Source: Ignicoccus hospitalis KIN4/I
GTDB taxonomy: Archaea > Thermoproteota > Thermoprotei_A > Sulfolobales > Ignicoccaceae
Assembly: GCF_000017945.1 (NCBI RefSeq)
Contig: NC_009776.1
Coordinates: forward strand, 90,001 to 122,000
Direction: 5' to 3'
DNA: 32,000 bases
Position 1 is the first letter of the stretch, and each line of letters opens with the position of its first letter. The position numbers and the translations under genes are program-made. The notes under the pieces are model-generated. The model ran no database searches. It saw only the letters and a program-made list of their open reading frames with translations, and was not told the origin of the DNA. Shown here piece after piece: positions 9,206 to 17,272 of the stretch.

Positions 9206-9963
9206 TACACCTTCCCCAACACGTACTTTTCCGTCAACGGGTTCTTGGGCCTAGTAAATATCTCGGAAGTGGGCCCGACCTCCACCAGCTCCCCGTTGTA
9301 GATGAAGGCCACGTAGTCGCTTATCCTTGCGGCTTGTTGGGGGTTGTGAGTTACTATTATTATTGTAAAGTCCTTCTTCAGCTCTACGATGTTTTCCTCT
9401 ATCTTTTTCGTGGATACCACGTCCAGCGCGGAGGTAGGCTCGTCCATGAGTAGGACTTTAGGCTTCAGGGCTATGGCTCTTGCTATGCAGAGCCTCTGCT
9501 GTTGGCCTCCGGACAGCGCGTGAGCCTTCTTCTTCAAGTCGTCTTTCACCTCGTCCCACAAGTACGCCTTCTTCAAGGCCCACTCCACGCGTTCCCTCAG
9601 CTCTTCCTTGCTCTTTACCAGCTTGTGCAGCCTCAGCCCTATGGCGACGTTGTCGAATATACTCATGTGAGGAAACGGGTTGGGCCTCTGGAAGACCATT
9701 CCTACGATCTTCCTGAGCTCGTGAGGAGGCATCTTGTTGACGTCTGTCCCGTTAACGTATATCTTCCCAGTAACCTTCACTTGGGGGTACAAGTCCCACA
9801 GCTTGTTTATTGCCCTTAAGAGCGTGCTCTTTCCGGATCCCGAAGGCCCCATTATGGCGAATATCGTGTTCTTCGGGACCTCCAAGTTTATGTTCCGTAA
9901 CACAGTCTTGCCATTTATGGTTACGCTCAAGTTCTCTATCTTGACCATGGTTTCAGAACTCAT
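9205..9963 (-). CDS. pstB: Phosphate ABC transporter ATP-binding protein
   Basis: Walker A GPSGSGKST, VGMVFQRPNPFP, signature LSGGQQQRLCIARA and Walker B LLMDEPTSALD. Confidence 0.92.
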   Translation of the reverse strand: MSSETMVKIENLSVTINGKTVLRNINLEVPKNTIFAIMGPSGSGKSTLLRAINKLWDLYPQVKVTGKIYVNGTDVNKMPPHELRKIVGMVFQRPNPFPHMSIFDNVAIGLRLHKLVKSKEELRERVEWALKKAYLWDEVKDDLKKKAHALSGGQQQRLCIARAIALKPKVLLMDEPTSALDVVSTKKIEENIVELKKDFTIIIVTHNPQQAARISDYVAFIYNGELVEVGPTSEIFTRPKNPLTEKYVLGKV

Positions 9964-10792
9964 GCCTCTTCACCACTAATTTACTCAATATTATTAGAGG
10001 AAGGACTATGAGGAACACCAAAACGAAGGAGGCCGCCCAGCTCATCTCCAACCATAAGTCTTGGGAGCTGAAGCCGAACTTGTATATGAGGACGCTGAGC
10101 GTGGAGACCGGCTCGAACGGGTCCAGAGTCACCTTGTCGTTCCAACCGGCGGTGAACAGCAAGGGCGCGGCCTCCCCAGCTCCCTTGGCCAGCGCCATGA
10201 GTACCCCCGAGACTACCCCCGGCAACACGAGCCCTCTGATGACTTTAAACAGCACAGTGGTGTACTTGAGTCCTAAGGCCAGCCCGCCCTCCTTTATCAG
10301 CCTCGGCACCTTCCGGTAGCTCTCTGCCGTATACAAGGCTATATAGGGAATCATGATCAGGGAGAGCGCTAGGGCCCCGGCTATCGCTGAGAAAGAGCCC
10401 GTAGGCACGACTAGCGTCCAGTAGATAGCGACGCCCGCGGTTATGGTGGGCACTTCCACCAAAGTGGAAGCCAAGTTCTCTACGAGCCTTCCCAGACGGG
10501 TGTTTCCGAACTCGGATATCACTATTCCGGCCAAAAAGCCCAATGGGAAGGAGATGAGCAACGCCATTCCAACAATCATCAATGTCCCGATTATAGCTGG
10601 CGCGATCCCCACCTCTACCTCTTCGAAGAGGAAGATCGGGGGCGGGATGTCTTTTAGGAATATGTCGGTGCCGTACTTCGCTATGACCGCGGCCCCGTTA
10701 ACCGCTATGGAGCCGAGTATCCATATTAGCACGCCCAAGGCGCTCAAGCTTATTACATATATTAGCGCTATCCAGATCGCGCCCCTACGCAA
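9953..10792 (-). CDS. pstA: Phosphate ABC transporter permease PstA
   Basis: Polytopic membrane protein with an EAA-type loop (ESYRKVPRLIKEGGLALGLKYTTVLFKV). It sits between pstC and pstB with overlapping junctions. Confidence 0.85.
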   Translation of the reverse strand: MRRGAIWIALIYVISLSALGVLIWILGSIAVNGAAVIAKYGTDIFLKDIPPPIFLFEEVEVGIAPAIIGTLMIVGMALLISFPLGFLAGIVISEFGNTRLGRLVENLASTLVEVPTITAGVAIYWTLVVPTGSFSAIAGALALSLIMIPYIALYTAESYRKVPRLIKEGGLALGLKYTTVLFKVIRGLVLPGVVSGVLMALAKGAGEAAPLLFTAGWNDKVTLDPFEPVSTLSVLIYKFGFSSQDLWLEMSWAASFVLVFLIVLPLIILSKLVVKRHEF

Positions 10793-11738
10793 CTATCTCA
10801 GCCTCCGTAAGGGCCCTTCCCAACTTCCTCCCCAAGGCGAGTATAATGCTCCCCAGAAAGATCAGGATTAAGACGAGGGCGGTTAACGCCTTGACGTGGG
10901 CGGGATTCATCATGGCCTCTTCGAATTCGTTGGCCACCAGCGAGGTTATCGTGGCTCCTCTGCACAACAAGCAAGGCTTGAAAGGCTCTATTGAGTTACC
11001 TATTAACATGGTAACGGCCATGGTCTCTCCCATGGAGCGTCCGGCCGCTATCACCACTCCGGCTAGTATGGAGGACTTAATGTAACCTAGGTTTATCCTT
11101 ATCACGTCCCACTTGGTGCCCCCGAGGGCGTAAACGGCCTCTACTAATTCCCTAGGAATCATTTCGTAGGAGTTCCTAATTATTGCCGAGGCGTAGGGGG
11201 TTATCATTAGCGACAGCACTAGGATGGCCGTCATGAAGCACTGGGGGCTTATCGCGCTGGTCGAGAAAAGCGCGCCCAGCGCCGGCACCCACGAAAGCCC
11301 TGCCAGGACCGGGTACGCCGTGTTTGCTAGGAGAGGACCGAAGATGATGAGACCCCAGTAACCGTAGATCACGCTGGGTATTGCCGCTATTAAGTCTATC
11401 AAAGTTCCGAAGAAAGTTTTCGCCTTGGGAGGCACCAGCTCCGTCACGAAGACAGCTAACGCTACTGCCAGCGGGGTAGCTAACGCCGTGGACCAGAACG
11501 TGACCCACAGCGTGCCCAAGATGAACTGTAGGCTGCCGAACTCCCCGTCGTAAGGGGACCAGTTCATAGACGTTATGATCTCTAGGCCGTGTTCGAGTAT
11601 AAAGTCATAGCTGTTGGAGAGGAGGGGGACCACTAGGAGAAGCAGCGGGACCAGCACTCCGAAAAGGCCTAGGGCTGCTACCACCTTCAGCGTCCTTTCC
11701 TTTATCATAAACCTTCGGGGGACCCTACGGTTGGGCAA
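10785..11738 (-). CDS. pstC: Phosphate ABC transporter permease PstC
   Basis: Polytopic membrane protein with an EAA-type loop (NSYEMIPRELVEAVYALGGTKWDVI). The longest ORF starts at TTG 11738. The ATG at 11708 (MIKERTLKVV) is an equally plausible start given TATA-like boxes at 11741-11760. Confidence 0.85.
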   Translation of the reverse strand: MPNRRVPRRFMIKERTLKVVAALGLFGVLVPLLLLVVPLLSNSYDFILEHGLEIITSMNWSPYDGEFGSLQFILGTLWVTFWSTALATPLAVALAVFVTELVPPKAKTFFGTLIDLIAAIPSVIYGYWGLIIFGPLLANTAYPVLAGLSWVPALGALFSTSAISPQCFMTAILVLSLMITPYASAIIRNSYEMIPRELVEAVYALGGTKWDVIRINLGYIKSSILAGVVIAAGRSMGETMAVTMLIGNSIEPFKPCLLCRGATITSLVANEFEEAMMNPAHVKALTALVLILIFLGSIILALGRKLGRALTEAEIVA

Positions 11739-11769
11739 AATAAAGCTTTTCTATAAGCTAATCCATACG

Positions 11770-12357
11770 TTAGAGCACGAAAGTGAAAACCACAGAGACG
11801 GAGAACAGCGCCAGCCACAGCGCTAAGTTATACCTCATGACCTTTGCACCGTCCAACGGGTCCAAGGGCAACAAGTTGAACAGCGCTAAGAACCAGTTAA
11901 CGTTGGAAACTATCAGCAGGCCCCAAGCGCCGGTGAGGTAGAACAGTGCTTGTGATACCAGCGCCACCGCAATGTTGGCGAGGGGGCCTGCAGCGGCTAT
12001 CAAGCCCTCGGCCCTCTTGTTGCGGTAGGCGCAAGCGAACGTTACGGCCCCCGGGGCGGCGAAGACGAAAGAGCCTTTGCTTATTAGAGCCAAGAACAGG
12101 GCTATCGCGAGCCCCGTAGGCCACAGCACGTACTCCGCCCGACAGCCCATCCTCTTGGCCGTTTCCCTGTGCGCCAGTTCGTGGAAGATGAAGCCCGTCG
12201 CGACCGCCAGGGCGACCCACGCCAACAGCTGCCAGAAGCCGAACAGCAAGTACCTTATTCCGAAAGCTATAGTCAACACGGCCCATGAGATCAAGAGTGC
12301 CGGTGCCCCGTACATAAACTTTATGTACTTAGGGTTCGAAGGGAACCAAACGTACAT
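11770..12357 (-). CDS. M50-family (site-2-protease-like) membrane metalloprotease
   Basis: HExxH in FHELAHRETA plus NLLPLDPLDGAKV, with multiple hydrophobic segments. ATG start. Confidence 0.8.
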   Translation of the reverse strand: MYVWFPSNPKYIKFMYGAPALLISWAVLTIAFGIRYLLFGFWQLLAWVALAVATGFIFHELAHRETAKRMGCRAEYVLWPTGLAIALFLALISKGSFVFAAPGAVTFACAYRNKRAEGLIAAAGPLANIAVALVSQALFYLTGAWGLLIVSNVNWFLALFNLLPLDPLDGAKVMRYNLALWLALFSVSVVFTFVL

Positions 12358-12359
12358 GC

Positions 12360-12695
12360 TCAGAACACCTTCGTTCCGGGCCTTACGGGCTCTTGGGGGA
12401 CCACGAACACGGGCTTGCTCCCCTCGTCCTCTTGGGCCATCAGTACCATCCCTTCAGACACCAGACCGGCCATCTTCTTGGGCTCCAAGTTAGCGACGAC
12501 CACGACGTAACGGCCTACGAGCTCCTCGGGTCTGTACCACTTCTTTATCCCGCTGAGTATCTGTTTCTTCCCTAGGGGCCCTAGATCGACTATTAGTTTT
12601 ATCAGCTTCCTCGACTCGGGCACGTCCTCTGCCTCTATCACCTTGCCGACCCTTAAGTCTACCTTACTAAAGGTGTTAAAGTCTACGGTCTCCAC
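12360..12695 (-). CDS. tRNA-binding domain protein (Trbp111 / CsaA / EMAP-like OB fold)
   Basis: Contains DLRVGKVIEAEDVPESRKLIKLIVDLG and VVVANLEPKKMAGLVSEGMVL, 111 aa. Confidence 0.85.
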   Translation of the reverse strand: METVDFNTFSKVDLRVGKVIEAEDVPESRKLIKLIVDLGPLGKKQILSGIKKWYRPEELVGRYVVVVANLEPKKMAGLVSEGMVLMAQEDEGSKPVFVVPQEPVRPGTKVF

Positions 12696-12731
12696 GACGT
12701 CACACCCTAGGGGCTTCTCGACCCGCGGGCT

Positions 12732-13712
12732 TTAGAACCAACTAACGTTTTCTTCGAAGTAACGGAGGACCTCCTCTACCCTTTCTAACGCTTCGGGCGG
12801 GGAGGGCGTAGGCTCCTCCTCTATCCTAAACCCCAGCTCGCTCAGCATCGGAACCACTGCCCCTTCCCCGTAACCCCCTCCTCCAGCGCCCGCTACGGGG
12901 ACCTCTATACTTCTCAGAAATTCCCCTATCTTGTAATAGGTGTTAGCGGTTAGGTTCAGGGCTCCGCCCAAGGGGTCCTTCCAGTAGCCGTCGACGCCCA
13001 TTTGGGCGACCACGAAGTCCGGCTCGAAGTTCTCAATGGCCCTCTTCACAATTAGGTCTATTACCATTGCGTACGCCTCGTCACCGGACCTCGGGGGAAG
13101 GGGCACGTTGAGGGAATAGCCCTTGCCTTCGCCGGCGCCGAGCTCCGCGTACCAGCCCGTCCCGGGGTAGAAGCCGGGGTAGTACATGTGTACGCTCACG
13201 GTGAGGACGTCTGACCTTTCGTAGAATATCTCTTGGGTGCCGTCCCCGTGGTGAACGTCGAAGTCCAAGTAGGCTACCCGATAGCCCTTCCTAGCCAAGG
13301 CCTCCGCCAAGACCGCTACGTCGTTGGCCGGACAGAAGCCGGCCGCCCTGCACTTGCCGGCGTGGTGTAAGCCTCCGTATGGGGTGTAGCCGAACCCTTG
13401 CTCCTCCGCGAGCTCAGCCGCCCTCAACACCCCTCCCAAGACGTCCACGAGCGTCGAGGCGGAGCCAGGGTAGATGTAGGTGTCCCCGTAGTCTATGACG
13501 CCTCCGATGGAGTCTAACTCCATTATCCTCTCTATTAAGCTCCTACAGTGCACCAGCTCGAAGAGTTCTAAGGAGGCCTCCTCCGGGGGGACTAGCTCTA
13601 CCTTACCGCTTACGACCTCTTTGAACTTCTTCATCCTGGCAGTCCACTCGCGAACTATTGAAGGGGGCGCGAAGAAGTGTTTCGTGAAGCTCTCGCTCCA
13701 GACGACCTTCAT
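12732..13712 (-). CDS. Histone deacetylase-family amidohydrolase (AcuC / acetylpolyamine amidohydrolase-like)
   Basis: Contains GGLHHAGK, DFDVHHGDGTQEIFY and GGGGY. Confidence 0.88.
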   Translation of the reverse strand: MKVVWSESFTKHFFAPPSIVREWTARMKKFKEVVSGKVELVPPEEASLELFELVHCRSLIERIMELDSIGGVIDYGDTYIYPGSASTLVDVLGGVLRAAELAEEQGFGYTPYGGLHHAGKCRAAGFCPANDVAVLAEALARKGYRVAYLDFDVHHGDGTQEIFYERSDVLTVSVHMYYPGFYPGTGWYAELGAGEGKGYSLNVPLPPRSGDEAYAMVIDLIVKRAIENFEPDFVVAQMGVDGYWKDPLGGALNLTANTYYKIGEFLRSIEVPVAGAGGGGYGEGAVVPMLSELGFRIEEEPTPSPPEALERVEEVLRYFEENVSWF

Positions 13713-13722
13713 AGCGCTCCCC

Positions 13723-14604
13723 TCACTTGATGTAAGAAGTGGCCCTCCCCATGACTTCGCAGTAGAGCTTCACGGTATCTCTGTACTTGAGCTGCCACGG
13801 GCCGGTGTATATCAAGTGCGCCTCCAGGCCCGAGCCGGCGTAGTAGAGGTCTCTGGTTAGGAACAAGGCCAGCGCCTCCGCCAAGGGCTCGAGGCTGGGG
13901 TAGCCCTTCCCGAGGGGTACCCTCTTCTTCATTATAAAAGTTCTAAACCTGAAGGATATTATCTGACTAAACCTGAGGCTGAAGTACTTGTTGGTCATTC
14001 TCTTTAACTTGTTGAATATGGACAACCAGAAGTCAACGGTGGCTTGCTTGTCCGCGAGGGTCAAGTCCCCGTGGGCGTAAGCCCTAGTTTCCCTCATGAA
14101 GTCGTTCTCCAGCTGGGCGGAGGGTATGACCCTCTCGTCCCCTATCATTTCGATTATCTCTCTTATTTCGTCCAAGCTCCCTAGGAACCTCTCGGTGTAT
14201 GTGGTCTCCAAGGAAACGTATATCGAGGGGACTTCGTTGAGTATAGCTTTGACTACGTCCACGACCGGTTCGTAGTCGTAAGGAACTCCCCTCACCTTTG
14301 GGCCTAGGTGCATGTTGAAGATCTTGGCCCCGGCGACGCTGGCCTTCTTGGCCGCTTGCACCATAGCCCGCTTCACCTTCTCGTGGGTGTACTTGTCGTG
14401 ATTTACCAAGCTGTAGTACGGAGCGTGTGCCGTGACCAAGTGGAAGTACTTGGAGGAGAGCTCTCTATACTTGATAAAGTGCTCTTCCGTGTAGTACCTT
14501 CTGGAGAACTCGGCCGGGGGTATTTCGGTGAGCCTCATCCCAGTCAAGGACGCGCTCTCCAGTTTGGTCAACCCGTTGTAGGTTCCCCAGTCGAATAAGG
14601 CCAC
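13723..14604 (-). CDS. Putative xylose-isomerase-like TIM-barrel / AP-endonuclease-2-family protein
   Basis: Weak motif resemblance to Endo IV-like barrels: TAHAPYY, NMHLGP and VSLETT. GTG start. Confidence 0.35.
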   Translation of the reverse strand: MALFDWGTYNGLTKLESASLTGMRLTEIPPAEFSRRYYTEEHFIKYRELSSKYFHLVTAHAPYYSLVNHDKYTHEKVKRAMVQAAKKASVAGAKIFNMHLGPKVRGVPYDYEPVVDVVKAILNEVPSIYVSLETTYTERFLGSLDEIREIIEMIGDERVIPSAQLENDFMRETRAYAHGDLTLADKQATVDFWLSIFNKLKRMTNKYFSLRFSQIISFRFRTFIMKKRVPLGKGYPSLEPLAEALALFLTRDLYYAGSGLEAHLIYTGPWQLKYRDTVKLYCEVMGRATSYIK

Positions 14605-14636
14605 GGAGGTTCCCCAAGGAGGGAACCCGGGAAAGC

Positions 14637-14930
14637 TTAATCAGATGACGTTCTAACCAACTCCAACTTCTCCTTAACTTTGTCCGCCAACTCGTCGAGG
14701 TCCTCGGCAAAGGCGTATAGACCGTAGGGAACCAAAAAGGCTGAGGAGCACGTGAACGCGGGAGGGAGCTTGTGGAAGGGGACCACTTTCGCGAAATATC
14801 CCTTCAAACCCTCCTTGATAACGATTGTGTACAGCTCTTCGCCCTTCTTGTAGTAACACGCGACGCAGTCGCCCAAGTCCTCGCACTTCACCTCGAGACC
14901 CTTAGACCTCAAAGCGTTAGCCTCCCTCAA
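14637..14930 (-). CDS. Hypothetical small protein (about 91-97 aa)
   Basis: Codon usage is typical for the window and it comes last in the overlapping gene chain. I recognise no motif. The start is ambiguous (TTG 14930, TTG 14912 after a GGAGG, or GTG 14894). Confidence 0.45.
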   Translation of the reverse strand: MREANALRSKGLEVKCEDLGDCVACYYKKGEELYTIVIKEGLKGYFAKVVPFHKLPPAFTCSSAFLVPYGLYAFAEDLDELADKVKEKLELVRTSSD

Positions 14931-15732
14931 GGCCCCTCACCGTGTACGCCTCTACCCAGCCGTCCCCCCTGCCGAGCGCTATTATGTGGCCCTTCCACGC
15001 GACGGAAAAGAGCGTCAGCTGACACTCCTCAGAGAAGTAGAACGTCTTGCGGAGCACCACTTTTCCGGTAGCAGCTTCGACCACGTTGAGCCTCCCCTCG
15101 TAAACCTCCGGGTAAGCCAAGTACTTGCAGTCGTCCGAGAAGTCCGGCTCTCCGGCCCAGTTGGCGGGGGCGGTCCACAGCGACTCGGTCCCGTTGAACA
15201 CCGTGACGGAGGACGCGTTGGTCAAGGCTAGCAAGCTCCCGCAAGCGGAGCCGGCCGCGCCCCCGGCCCTCAGTTCCGCGAGCACCCCACCGTCGTTGAG
15301 ATCTATTATGTAAGTAGAGTTGTCCGAAGAGGCGAAGAGGACCGTGCCGTTGGTCCCGAGCCAGTTACAGCTTATGGGCAGGGTCCACCTAGGGGTAACG
15401 AGCTTCCCGTCCCTCGTACAAGCCGCTACGCCGTTCTTGAGGGGCAGGACGTAAGTGCAGTTACAGTCTAACTTCCGGACGTCTTTCCCCTCAACTAAGT
15501 AGACTCCATCACTCCCTAGGAAGGCGTACTTCCCGAAGGCGTAGGAGGCCCGCAATATCTGGCCCCCGGGGCAGCCCTTTAGCGCTACCGCCCCGTCTGT
15601 CCAGTTCAGCAAGTAAAAGCAGTGTGCGAAGGTGGCTACTCCCAACAAGGGCCCCGGCGCCAAGGAGCTGACCAGCCAGCCCCCCTCGAAGGACCACAGC
15701 AGCAACAACTCTATCAAGATTTCTTCCACCAA
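14917..15732 (-). CDS. Secreted or membrane-anchored Cys-rich beta-propeller-like repeat protein
   Basis: Hydrophobic N-terminus (ILIELLLLWSF...LLGVATFAHCFYLL), recurring x-DG-x strand motifs (TDGAVAL, SDGVYLV, RDGKLVT, NDGGVLA, GDGWVEA), six N-x-S/T sequons and about 10 Cys. Confidence 0.55.
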   Translation of the reverse strand: MVEEILIELLLLWSFEGGWLVSSLAPGPLLGVATFAHCFYLLNWTDGAVALKGCPGGQILRASYAFGKYAFLGSDGVYLVEGKDVRKLDCNCTYVLPLKNGVAACTRDGKLVTPRWTLPISCNWLGTNGTVLFASSDNSTYIIDLNDGGVLAELRAGGAAGSACGSLLALTNASSVTVFNGTESLWTAPANWAGEPDFSDDCKYLAYPEVYEGRLNVVEAATGKVVLRKTFYFSEECQLTLFSVAWKGHIIALGRGDGWVEAYTVRGLEGG

Positions 15733-16286
15733 AATTCGAACTTGTAAGGAGTTATCAAAAGCATTTTTCCTTCGAGGACCGAACTGCCCCGGGACAAGTA
15801 CTCTAGGGCCTCCCTCGCGGCTACCGAGGCTACCAGGGTTACCATCGTCACCTCTTGGGGCCCCACGTGTTTACCTTCCCTCATTATGTCCCTTAATTTT
15901 AAATTATCATTGGTCATGAGCAAGATACCCAAGCCCGGCCTGACCATCGCGTGGAGCGTCTTGTACTTCTCTTCTACTCTTATCCTGCTCGGTATGTTAT
16001 CGGTTAAGGCTAGTGCTAAGGGGGCCTCCGGGAGGTCGTCTATGACGTCTTCTACCGCGCTCGGGACCGCCTCTGCCCTCGCCCCCAAGGCCTCTAGCTT
16101 CTTCTTTAAGGCGAATACCTTCCTTTTCCCTACGTCCTCAGGGAAGTAGGCTTGCGTGTACAAGTTCTTCTCCTCTATCACGTCCGGGTCTACCAATACG
16201 AACTCCTTCCATCCTCCCTTAGCCATCATTATCGAGGTCCAGCTTCCCAGCCCTCCACAGCCTACTATAACGACGGGCCTCCTCAA
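15714..16286 (-). CDS. Truncated ThiF/MoeB/E1-like adenylyltransferase-fold protein (190 aa)
   Basis: Contains VIVGCGGLGSW, LVDPDVIEEKNLYTQ, GKRKV and LTDN. It lacks the CxxC pairs and the catalytic-Cys crossover region. TTG start lies 68 nt inside the upstream gene. Confidence 0.7.
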   Translation of the reverse strand: MRRPVVIVGCGGLGSWTSIMMAKGGWKEFVLVDPDVIEEKNLYTQAYFPEDVGKRKVFALKKKLEALGARAEAVPSAVEDVIDDLPEAPLALALTDNIPSRIRVEEKYKTLHAMVRPGLGILLMTNDNLKLRDIMREGKHVGPQEVTMVTLVASVAAREALEYLSRGSSVLEGKMLLITPYKFEFWWKKS

Positions 16287-16578
16287 GGTACCACCTTACG
16301 TACTTCTTCAAGGATTTTTTAGTAACTTCGTCGAGCTTCTCCCTCCAGTTGGGCAAGCAGTACTTGCATACCCTCATACCGGGCTGAACCTCTTCGCTAC
16401 ATTCTCTACAGACTAACCGCCCGCACACGTAACACCTGGACACGGAGAGCCTCTTCCCGCAGACTTCGCACCTCCCCCTAAGGCACGCGGGACAGACGGG
16501 GGAGTGCCTTTCGCAGACCGGTCGCCCGCAGACCTCGCACCTCGCGACCGCTGAGGAGTCGCAGAAGTAACACTTCAC
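16219..16578 (-). CDS. Multi-CxxC zinc-finger protein (15 Cys, 7 CxxC pairs) with a basic C-terminal tail
   Basis: Sequence is KCYFCDSSAVARCEVCGRPVCERHSPVCPACLRGRCEVCGKRLSVSRCYVCGRLVCRECSEEVQPGMRVCKYC. It contains an internal duplicated RC-x-VCG module. GTG start. Confidence 0.7.
   Translation of the reverse strand: MKCYFCDSSAVARCEVCGRPVCERHSPVCPACLRGRCEVCGKRLSVSRCYVCGRLVCRECSEEVQPGMRVCKYCLPNWREKLDEVTKKSLKKYVRWYLEEARRYSRLWRAGKLDLDNDG
16456..16542 (-). repeat. Intragenic 18-nt direct repeat marking a duplicated zinc-knuckle module
   Basis: CCCGCAGACTTCGCACCT (16456-16473) and CCCGCAGACCTCGCACCT (16525-16542) match at 17 of 18 positions. They are 69 nt (23 codons) apart and both encode RCEVCG. 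Confidence 0.8.
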
Positions 16579-17272
16579 CGGCCCTTACCGCCACAGCGGA
16601 GGCCGCGCAAGCTAAAGGAGCGGCGACGACGCTCGAGAGCGCTAGCGACGTAACGAAAAATATGACAGCGGCCTTGGGCGTTTCCCTAACTCCCACGGCG
16701 GAGAGGGCTACCACGTGCGCTAACAAGAACCCCAGACTCAAGGTCAGCGAAAAGCCGTCGATTATTGAAGTAACTACCAAGAGGCCTATCCACAGCGCGG
16801 GCCTCATGTTCTTAAGGGCAGCGAACTCTGGGTCGAATATAGAGTAGATGACGTTCTTCCGAAACGCCACAAGTACAGATGTCAAGGTGACCGTTATAAC
16901 GCTTAGGTATAACATGTTGGGGTCTACGAACAAGAACCCCGTAAGGAGCGACTGCGCGTATTCATACACCTCGTAACTCAAGTACGGAATCATGAGGGTA
17001 GTGACGGTATACGCTATCGCCTTCAAGTAGAGGATCTGGCGCCCCCTACTCTTCCACAGGGCGGCTGCGACCGGAATTGTCGCAAAGATTAAGAACGTGG
17101 CGTCTGCCCTTCCTAGGAAGTATAAGGAGAGTATTGTGGCGGCCAAGGCGAAGTCCGAGGAAGCGGGCACGAGGAATGACGCTTTTAGGTACTTCAGGTA
17201 CTTGCCTACGTAGGATGTAGTCGCAAAAAGGACAGAGTTCAATAAGATAAAGCTAACGTCCATGTTGATCAC
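16478..17272 (-). CDS. ABC-3 family metal (Zn/Mn/Fe-type) transporter permease
   Basis: Polytopic 264-aa membrane protein carrying the FDPEFAALKNM loop typical of ZnuB/MntB-type permeases. It overlaps the ATPase gene by 20 nt. Confidence 0.7.
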   Translation of the reverse strand: MINMDVSFILLNSVLFATTSYVGKYLKYLKASFLVPASSDFALAATILSLYFLGRADATFLIFATIPVAAALWKSRGRQILYLKAIAYTVTTLMIPYLSYEVYEYAQSLLTGFLFVDPNMLYLSVITVTLTSVLVAFRKNVIYSIFDPEFAALKNMRPALWIGLLVVTSIIDGFSLTLSLGFLLAHVVALSAVGVRETPKAAVIFFVTSLALSSVVAAPLACAASAVAVRAGEVLLLRLLSGREVRGLRATGLRKALPRLSRVP

